From sequence record OR513085.1: DNA of 64,000 nucleotides; one strand, given 5' to 3'. The notes under the pieces were generated by a model. It ran no database searches. It was not told where the DNA came from and saw only the letters and a list, made by a program, of their open reading frames with translations. The position numbers and the translations under genes were made by a program. Below, one piece after another: positions 57,467-64,000 of the stretch; the stretch's first letter is position 1, and each line of letters starts with the position of its first letter.

Positions 57467-57694
57467 TTATTTCTTTGCAGATTCAAGTTTTTCAAGCTGG
57501 TCAGCTTTTATTTTCTTGTCTCCTTTTAACTTCTCCATTATAGCTTTGTAAGTGATTGTTCCACCTACTGCAACAGTCGTCATTAGTGCAGTTGCTAAGT
57601 ATTCAATTTGTTCTGGGCTTAATCCTGAAATTATGTCTGAAATTGATTCGTTAGCAAAAGATTGCTTAGGTCCTTGTTTTCTAAATGTACTCAT
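57467..57694 (-). CDS. small putative virion/internal protein with ANES site
   Basis: MSTF...SFANES then hydrophobic segment; GTAAATAA late-like leader; convergent terminator. Confidence 0.6.
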   Translation of the reverse strand: MSTFRKQGPKQSFANESISDIISGLSPEQIEYLATALMTTVAVGGTITYKAIMEKLKGDKKIKADQLEKLESAKK

Positions 57695-57773
57695 TGTTGT
57701 AAGATGTTTATGTTGAATTATTTACACAACTTGCTAAAAGTTGTGAATGCTTCGCATATTAATGTAAAAGTTT

Positions 57774-57816
57774 TTGCAAAAATGTTTTACGATGTCAAAT
57801 AAAAGTTATATATTTG
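57774..57816 (+). promoter_or_regulatory. promoter, TTGC class
   Basis: TTGC...TTTTACGATGTC-N12-TATATTTG. Confidence 0.75.
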
Positions 57817-57837
57817 TATTATACAAAAACAAACAAT

Positions 57838-58110
57838 ATGAACCAAATAAGCAAAACTGCTTTGGCTATAACTTTCGCAGTACTACTTTTCTTTGGGCCG
57901 TTAGGTTACAAGATTTACAAAGGCAATTTTCAGCCTAAAGAAAACTTTACAATTGAGTTAACTTATATTGATGGCTACGTTGAAACTAAAACGTACAACC
58001 TAAACAAAGACTCTGAGTTCTACGTACAAACATCCAAAGGTAGCTATAGCCTGCAAACGCAATACGTTGTAGTAGCTCCTGGTGTTATACGTTACAAACT
58101 AATTAAGTAG
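57838..58110 (+). CDS. membrane-anchored hypothetical protein
   Basis: N-terminal hydrophobic helix from ATG 57838. Confidence 0.6.
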   Translation: MNQISKTALAITFAVLLFFGPLGYKIYKGNFQPKENFTIELTYIDGYVETKTYNLNKDSEFYVQTSKGSYSLQTQYVVVAPGVIRYKLIK

Positions 58111-58129
58111 GAAAAGTTTTTGAAAATAG

Positions 58130-58172
58130 TTGCAAAAACATTTTCATAAGTCAAAAACTTTTCTTATATTTG
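58130..58172 (+). promoter_or_regulatory. promoter, TTGC class
   Basis: TTGC...TTTTCATAAGTC-N12-TATATTTG. Confidence 0.8.
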
Positions 58173-58225
58173 TATTATACAAAATCAATAATTAACATTT
58201 ATTAATCAAACAAATTCAAAACAAA

Positions 58226-59509
58226 ATGACAACAAACGTACAAAACTTAGGAACTATTTTCGCAGATAAATTCAATGAAGTAATGGCTAACGAAGCTAAT
58301 GTAACAAAAGCTTACCAAGTCATAGCTAAATTTTGTATAAGCCAAGCTAACCAGGCAGATGAAGATGACTCAGAAACTATAGCTTTCTGGAATGAAAAAG
58401 AAACTTATTGTATGGACAAAGCTAAATCAGGAGTTGCTAAAGTTGCAACGACAATCGAACGCTTCCAAAAGAACACTTCAAACTTCAAAACTGAATTTAA
58501 GTTTTCAAGTAAGGAGGAAAGAACAATTTACCAAAGATTCGTAGAAAACAAGGAAAACACTACAAACAAGTTAATGTACTACACAGTAACTGATGAAAAC
58601 TTCAATTACAGAACTGAGTCTGGCATTTACTTCCACAACATGGTTAATGCAATTGTTGAGAGATTTAACGAAATTTCAAACTACGAATTTGCTATAGTTG
58701 ACAAGGAGTTCTTAGTTAACAACGAATTTGCTATTGATACTGAACTTGGTAGAAGATATGCATTCTATGTAGATACTGATGACTTCCATGCATCTACAAA
58801 AGAACAAGTAGCATCAGTTTATTCAAAAGTACATCCAGGATGCAGAGTATTCGTTTCTTACGAAGCATTAGCCGAACATATCTCAACTTACATCAGATAC
58901 AAAGCTATCTACATTCTAAGCGACCAGGCATTCAATGCTTTACGTTACTTAGTAGATTCAATTGAGGTAGTTAAATGCCCAAACCTTGATCTTTCAGAAT
59001 TTGGTGATGATAACTTGGTAAGCCATGACTTTCAGGCATACGCAGAATTCCTAAGCTTCAGAAAATTCAATACTGTACATTACACAAATTCAGAAGTTGT
59101 AGAAGTAGAAGTTGAACAAAAACAAGAGTTCTTCTCTGACTTTATCAGATTCAAATCTACAGGAAAGGCAGAGAAAAAGTCAGTAACAAAGGACATTACT
59201 TACGACCTAGTAACAATTTCTAAACCGGCATCAAAGGTACCAGTTTACCGATTTGCTAAAAGAATGAAGCAAAATCCAGGTACTAGACAAATCCTGATTC
59301 AAAACATCCTATTGACATTGAACGAAAACTTACAATTGGAAAACATTGAAGTTATGCCAGAAGATTTTACGTTAAGCAACAACAAAGATTACGTTATGCA
59401 TAGCCAACTTAACTCCATCATTACAATTGCTAACAGAGATGCAGACAAATTCCATGCAGGAACGTTAGAAGCATTAACAAACATTTTGCAAATACAAATT
59501 AGAAAGTAG
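58226..59509 (+). CDS. hypothetical protein
   Basis: 427-aa ORF after promoter. Confidence 0.75.
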   Translation: MTTNVQNLGTIFADKFNEVMANEANVTKAYQVIAKFCISQANQADEDDSETIAFWNEKETYCMDKAKSGVAKVATTIERFQKNTSNFKTEFKFSSKEERTIYQRFVENKENTTNKLMYYTVTDENFNYRTESGIYFHNMVNAIVERFNEISNYEFAIVDKEFLVNNEFAIDTELGRRYAFYVDTDDFHASTKEQVASVYSKVHPGCRVFVSYEALAEHISTYIRYKAIYILSDQAFNALRYLVDSIEVVKCPNLDLSEFGDDNLVSHDFQAYAEFLSFRKFNTVHYTNSEVVEVEVEQKQEFFSDFIRFKSTGKAEKKSVTKDITYDLVTISKPASKVPVYRFAKRMKQNPGTRQILIQNILLTLNENLQLENIEVMPEDFTLSNNKDYVMHSQLNSIITIANRDADKFHAGTLEALTNILQIQIRK

Positions 59510-59590
59510 GATAATTTTTCATAGACATATAATTTTTGCCTGGGTAGTCTTTAAGATTGCCCAGGATTTTTAAAACAAACTTAACAAACA

Positions 59591-60061
59591 ATGGAAACTA
59601 TAACAGTCATAACAAGCCCAGTTCACAGAAGTATTTATGAAGTCAACATAGGCGTAAATAGCTACGACATTACTTATGTACAACAAAGCGGAACGTCAAT
59701 ACATAGAAACAAAGCTACAAATGATTTGTTGGAACTAAATACTAACGATGAAGCTAAGCTAGAATTAGTTTGTGCGTACTTTAATGCCCTACGTAACTGG
59801 CAATTAGCATACATTAACGAAGACTATCTTACGTTTAACATTGGCAACTTATTAATTCCTGATACACTTAAGGAAAAGTTTATTGGCGAAGTACGTAAGC
59901 ATACGCTAACTTCAATGTTTGGTACATTACAACTTATGGATTCTATGAACATCAAAATTGAAGTTCCTCAATCAGAAGTTGTAGGCAGACCTTTGCTAAA
60001 ATATGCTAAAGCTATCAACCACTACCACAACTACTGCAAACAACAACTTAACAATGGATAA
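59591..60061 (+). CDS. hypothetical protein
   Basis: 156-aa ORF. Confidence 0.65.
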   Translation: METITVITSPVHRSIYEVNIGVNSYDITYVQQSGTSIHRNKATNDLLELNTNDEAKLELVCAYFNALRNWQLAYINEDYLTFNIGNLLIPDTLKEKFIGEVRKHTLTSMFGTLQLMDSMNIKIEVPQSEVVGRPLLKYAKAINHYHNYCKQQLNNG

Positions 60062-60659
60062 ACAAAAACATACACCAAAGCTAATAGCTATTTTTGCTAT
60101 AACTACTAACAACGTTATTGGTGACGTTAAGGATGGTCAGCATATCATGCCATGGCCTAGAATTAGCCAGGACATGAAAAGATTCAAGGCGCTAACTGAT
60201 GGTCATGTTGTAGTAATGGGACGTAACACTTGGGATAGCCTAGGCTCCTATGCGCCATTACCAAATCGAACAAACATAATTGTTTCGCGTACGTTACGTT
60301 ACACTGACGTTATGCATCACCCAAATACTTACGTTTTTGATAGTATTGATGATGCTATAGCTTATGCTAAGGAAATTTGTGAGACTAATTTGCCTGAACT
60401 TGGTAGAAATGTTTACATCATGGGCGGCGGCCAAATATACAGGCAGACTAAGGGCATTGTAGATCAGATTGAAGTTACTAATATTATAGCATGTCCTAAT
60501 GTAGGTCCTGACACTGTAAAATTCAATTCATTCGAGGCATACAAAGGATTTAAGCGTACAGAAACATCACCAGTATACAATATGACTGACAAAAGTACTG
60601 GTAAAAAGTTGGATTTTTATTTCTATACGGAGGTACGCGATACCCAAAAATTGCCTTAA
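60054..60659 (+). CDS. folA: dihydrofolate reductase
   Basis: IFAITTNNVIG..MPWP..DMKRFKALT..VVMGRNTWDS..PLPNRTNIIVSR..IMGGGQIY. Confidence 0.95.
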   Translation: MDKQKHTPKLIAIFAITTNNVIGDVKDGQHIMPWPRISQDMKRFKALTDGHVVVMGRNTWDSLGSYAPLPNRTNIIVSRTLRYTDVMHHPNTYVFDSIDDAIAYAKEICETNLPELGRNVYIMGGGQIYRQTKGIVDQIEVTNIIACPNVGPDTVKFNSFEAYKGFKRTETSPVYNMTDKSTGKKLDFYFYTEVRDTQKLP

Positions 60660-60717
60660 ATTTTTGTACTTTAATATAACTTAACAAAATAATTTAAATA
60701 CACAGATAAACACTACA

Positions 60718-61380
60718 ATGGCAAAAATCTTAAAAGAAACTACAACAATTGACTTAGGCATAAAATATGCTGGCAAAGTATCAAAATCAATCACAGATAC
60801 TTTCGCTGACCGACTTAACAACATTACAATCAATGCAATCGTAACACAGTTTGCACATTCGCCAGAAGGTGCAAAAATTATGTTCATGGGTGTTGGCAAA
60901 AATTCATACCTTTCGCATAAACTTGCAGCTACTTGTCAGTCATTGAATATCAATGCAAACTACTTTGATTCTGTACATGCTATGCATGGTGACTTAGGCG
61001 CTTTACGTTCAGGTGATATTGTAATTGCGTTTTCAAAATCTGGCAAAACTGCCGAGTTGCTTCACACTTTAGCTTACCTTAAAAAGCACAAAAAACATTT
61101 TGGTGTAACTACTGTAGGTGTTTTTGCATCAGATGATGATTATAATTCTGAGGCGGTTACTTCAATGGAAATAACAAAAAACACAGACTACCAAATTTTG
61201 CTTAAATCATGCCAAGAATTGGACGACAACAAAACGGTACCGACAACTTCAGCATTGGTTATGCAGGCAGTAGGCGACGTTATAGCATTACAAATTGCAT
61301 CTAATAACGGCCTTACTACAGAACAATTTGGATTAACACACCCAGGCGGCTTAATTGGTGCAACACATAACAAAGACTAA
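60718..61380 (+). CDS. KdsD/GutQ-like SIS sugar-phosphate isomerase (arabinose-5-phosphate isomerase family), no CBS domains
   Basis: GVGKNSYLSHKLAAT, AMHGDLG, SKSGKTAEL, PTTS, HPGG. Confidence 0.88.
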   Translation: MAKILKETTTIDLGIKYAGKVSKSITDTFADRLNNITINAIVTQFAHSPEGAKIMFMGVGKNSYLSHKLAATCQSLNINANYFDSVHAMHGDLGALRSGDIVIAFSKSGKTAELLHTLAYLKKHKKHFGVTTVGVFASDDDYNSEAVTSMEITKNTDYQILLKSCQELDDNKTVPTTSALVMQAVGDVIALQIASNNGLTTEQFGLTHPGGLIGATHNKD

Positions 61381-61626
61381 TGTGGCCTATAAAAGAAAAC
61401 CTTAATTGCAAAAGTTAGGCATCATTTTGCACAAACCGATCATTATGATGCCGAACTTGCTAAGTTATGCCTAGCACATATTAAACCACTTTGGGATAAA
61501 GAGCTTTGGCAAGAATGTAAAGATGAAGTCTACAAATTTTATGAAGGCTTAGACATCTCGATAGAAAAGGACATGATCCTTGCAAACCTAAATAAACGAA
61601 TAAGATTAAAAACTACACATGACTAA
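61380..61626 (+). pseudogene. frameshifted gene missed by the ORF track
   Basis: TAATG-coupled ATG at 61380 stops after 12 codons; +1 frame open 61393-61626 and overlaps the next ATG. Confidence 0.65.
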
Positions 61627-61867
61627 ACAATACACCGTAGCGTATATGTCATTCTTTGACAATGACTTAAGACTTGCAGTAGTCGAAGCTACATCAGAAC
61701 TTGAAGCTGCAAAGAAATTTTTGTATGACATAACTGATGACAAATACAAACAAGGAGAACTTGATGAACAGGCTAGCGAAAACTATCCAAAAGACATGGA
61801 AGCTTTGAAAGAATATCATTTTAATGCTGACGCAGTTATTAACGTTATCGAAATTCCGACTAAATAG
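61619..61867 (+). CDS. hypothetical protein
   Basis: 82-aa ORF. Confidence 0.65.
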   Translation: MTKQYTVAYMSFFDNDLRLAVVEATSELEAAKKFLYDITDDKYKQGELDEQASENYPKDMEALKEYHFNADAVINVIEIPTK

Positions 61868-61932
61868 TCTAACAAATGCCGGTATTACTGCCGGCATTTG
61901 TGTATTTTAGCATTAAATTTAAAAATCTACAC

Positions 61933-63693
61933 ATGACAAATCAAAAATTTGAAAATCTTATAATTGTAGCATCTGGTGCAGGTACTAGAATGGCTGAATA
62001 TACAATGAACAACACAATTCCAAAGCTTCTTGTTAGTCTTGGAAACGAAACAATCTGGTCGTCTATGCTTAAAAACATTGACCGAGTTGCCGAATATGTT
62101 TTTGTTATTGCCAATAGTAAGCATATTCCAATGTTGCAAGAGGTTGCAAAACTTACATATCCTGAACAGGCTGAAAACATAATTTATGTTGATTACGATG
62201 AACAAGATGGTACAGCAAACACGATTGCTAAAACAGTTTCTGATAGAATGATTGATGGTACTACTTTGATAGTTTGGTCTGACATTCTTGAAGCTTCTAC
62301 AGAATCTTTGTTACCGTTAACCAGTTCGTTATCTAAGCTTAAGGAATATGATGGCGATAATTTACAAGTATGTGTTATAGCAGACAGACAGCCAAGACAC
62401 CGATTTAAAATTGATGGTTCTGTTATAGAAGAAGTTGCTGATGCTTCAGGTAACATTGTAGGCGCTTATGCTACTAACGAAATTGCAAAATTTGGAGCAT
62501 GGTCAGGTTCTCATGGAAGAGGTTTAAGAGATTTTAAATTTACTGGTGAAGTTCTAAGGCATAACCAGGACTTTATTTCGTTAGTCAAAGTTATGCATGA
62601 ACGCGATGATTTACGTTCAATCAAAACTTTCTATGGTGACTTTATTGATCTTGGTGATTCTGCAAAATACCAGGCATACATGGCTTCCAAGGAAATAAAA
62701 ACTCGCTATTTCAACAAGCTAGAAATTGGTACTGACAGAGTTACTAAAACTGCCACTAATGCTAAAGGCAGAGCAGTTATGGCTAATGAGGCAAGTTTTT
62801 ATATGTTCATGGAAAAGTCCGGATTTGACCAAATGTTTGCAGGAGTTATTGGAATGATTGGCGATAGTATTGAAGATGATATGTCTACTTTAGTACTTGA
62901 AAAGCTTGACAAAACAGTACACCAGCATATTACAGAACATGTAGCTAATGTAAAGAATGTAGATAAACATGCATATACTGCAAGATCGTATGCTGCAAGG
63001 ATAGCTTACAAAAACTTCAAGGAGTTTATGAAGCCTTTGCATACAGCAAATCCTGATCATTTTTTACCACAGTCGGATTTTTCAGATGATGTATTAACTA
63101 ATGCTGCATGGAAGGAATACATTGAAGTAACTAGGTCAAGGTACGAATCAATCAAAGGATTGCTTTCAGCATCTGACATTATCAGGTTTAATGGCGAAGT
63201 TGTGCCAAGCTTTGACTATGTAATGGCTAAGCTAGAAGACTACTTACGAAATTCAAACGTACTAAATTTAGGGCTTATCCATGGTGATACTAACACCGCA
63301 AATGTTATGATGGATTCCAAAGGCGCTATGAAGCTTATTGACCCTAGAGGAGTTTTTGGAGATATGCAATATGCAGGTGATACTAATTATGACCTAGCAA
63401 AATTCCTTTACGGCTTAACTGGCTACACTGACTTTAATGATTCTACAGACTTCAAAGTTAAAAAGGATGGCACTTCGTTATATTGCGAATTATTCAACAA
63501 ATTGCCATCACCTTGGTATGTTTGCCAGGATAACGAAGGTAACGACGACATTAATGCGGTTATCTTAGTAGGTCTTATTTGGCTTAAGCTTCCTGCTTAC
63601 ATTATCAACAATCCACTAAAATCGTTAGTAGCTTACTACAAAGGCTTGACGTTGCTAAACAAAGCATTGAACGAATACGAATTTACAAGATAA
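61933..63693 (+). CDS. sugar nucleotidyltransferase fused to APH/choline-kinase-like phosphotransferase
   Basis: IIVASGAGTRM..PKLL, WSD; kinase LIHGDTNTANV, KLIDPRG, YDLAK. Confidence 0.88.
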   Translation: MTNQKFENLIIVASGAGTRMAEYTMNNTIPKLLVSLGNETIWSSMLKNIDRVAEYVFVIANSKHIPMLQEVAKLTYPEQAENIIYVDYDEQDGTANTIAKTVSDRMIDGTTLIVWSDILEASTESLLPLTSSLSKLKEYDGDNLQVCVIADRQPRHRFKIDGSVIEEVADASGNIVGAYATNEIAKFGAWSGSHGRGLRDFKFTGEVLRHNQDFISLVKVMHERDDLRSIKTFYGDFIDLGDSAKYQAYMASKEIKTRYFNKLEIGTDRVTKTATNAKGRAVMANEASFYMFMEKSGFDQMFAGVIGMIGDSIEDDMSTLVLEKLDKTVHQHITEHVANVKNVDKHAYTARSYAARIAYKNFKEFMKPLHTANPDHFLPQSDFSDDVLTNAAWKEYIEVTRSRYESIKGLLSASDIIRFNGEVVPSFDYVMAKLEDYLRNSNVLNLGLIHGDTNTANVMMDSKGAMKLIDPRGVFGDMQYAGDTNYDLAKFLYGLTGYTDFNDSTDFKVKKDGTSLYCELFNKLPSPWYVCQDNEGNDDINAVILVGLIWLKLPAYIINNPLKSLVAYYKGLTLLNKALNEYEFTR

Positions 63694-63700
63694 AGCTTTG

Positions 63701-63733
63701 AAGCCAGAACATTCGGAACGTTCTGGCTTTTTT
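63701..63733 (+). terminator. intrinsic terminator
   Basis: AAGCCAGAAC..GTTCTGGCTTTTTT. Confidence 0.75.
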
Positions 63734-63769
63734 GTATACATAACAATATAACTAAACAAACATTACGTA

Positions 63770-64000
63770 ATGGCAAAATTTACAAAACTTGCTGGAGAAG
63801 TTGCTAAGCTTTACGACGGTAAAGTTACTGGCAGCATTATCAAATTTGACAGTGAGGACGACTTATTTAAAGCAGCTGATGAAATTGCAGATCAGTTCGC
63901 ATTTACAATGGACCAGGATAAACTGACCATCGAGTTCCTTAACGAAAACATTGACATAAAATTCCTTAAGCAATTTGCTTCTGCAATGGGAGTTTCTCAA
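63770..64000 (+). CDS. hypothetical protein, 3' truncated by window
   Basis: ATG 63770, frame open to window end. Confidence 0.6.
   Translation, partial: MAKFTKLAGEVAKLYDGKVTGSIIKFDSEDDLFKAADEIADQFAFTMDQDKLTIEFLNENIDIKFLKQFASAMGVSQ

Noticed and set aside
452-62456. Many short minus-strand and alternate-frame ORFs in the track (e.g. 452-691, 7259-7447, 36581-36871, 52802-53194)
   Set aside because: They are shadows fully overlapping well-supported + strand genes and have no leaders or motifs
1-64000. Stop-codon reassignment
   Set aside because: Conserved genes (portal, MCP, DHFR, gp4) are full length in the standard code, and TAG and TGA both end real genes
1-64000. tRNA or rRNA genes
   Set aside because: No cloverleaf with a T-loop GTTCRA and acceptor stem was seen in the intergenic gaps; manual scan only

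Overview
AT-rich window from a large T4-like (myovirus, probably jumbo) phage genome, read in the standard code with almost all genes on the + strand. The host is inferred to be a Bacteroidota: TAnATTT(G/A) '-7'-type promoters, A-rich leaders, no Shine-Dalgarno motifs. Late structural islands encode gp13 neck, gp5-like OB protein, gp53, tube-fold proteins, a hub with two peptidoglycan hydrolases, gp4, gp2, gp20 portal, a gp21 protease-scaffold fusion, gp23 MCP and a gp55-like sigma factor. These alternate with promoter-led clusters of small hypothetical genes. Replication and metabolism genes include NAD ligase (partial), DEDDh exonuclease, HD hydrolase, a PolB split into two genes with a probable clamp and an intact TnpB between the halves, DHFR, a KdsD-like SIS isomerase and a nucleotidyltransferase-kinase fusion. 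Most notable: (1) a half-length MCP paralog behind an early-type promoter; (2) a 1207-aa protease-scaffold polyprotein with cargo domains between about 17 xNE(S/A/G) sites, plus small proteins (one a GNAT) with T4 CTS-like N-termini; (3) an ATP-grasp/His-swivel dikinase lacking the PEP barrel; (4) 15 rigidly spaced promoters in two upstream classes (TTGC versus TTAACA repeats); (5) a possible nucleotide-sugar/DNA-hypermodification module; (6) two apparent +1 frameshifts in AAAGAAAA tracts. All product calls come from motif recognition by eye; no database searches were run.
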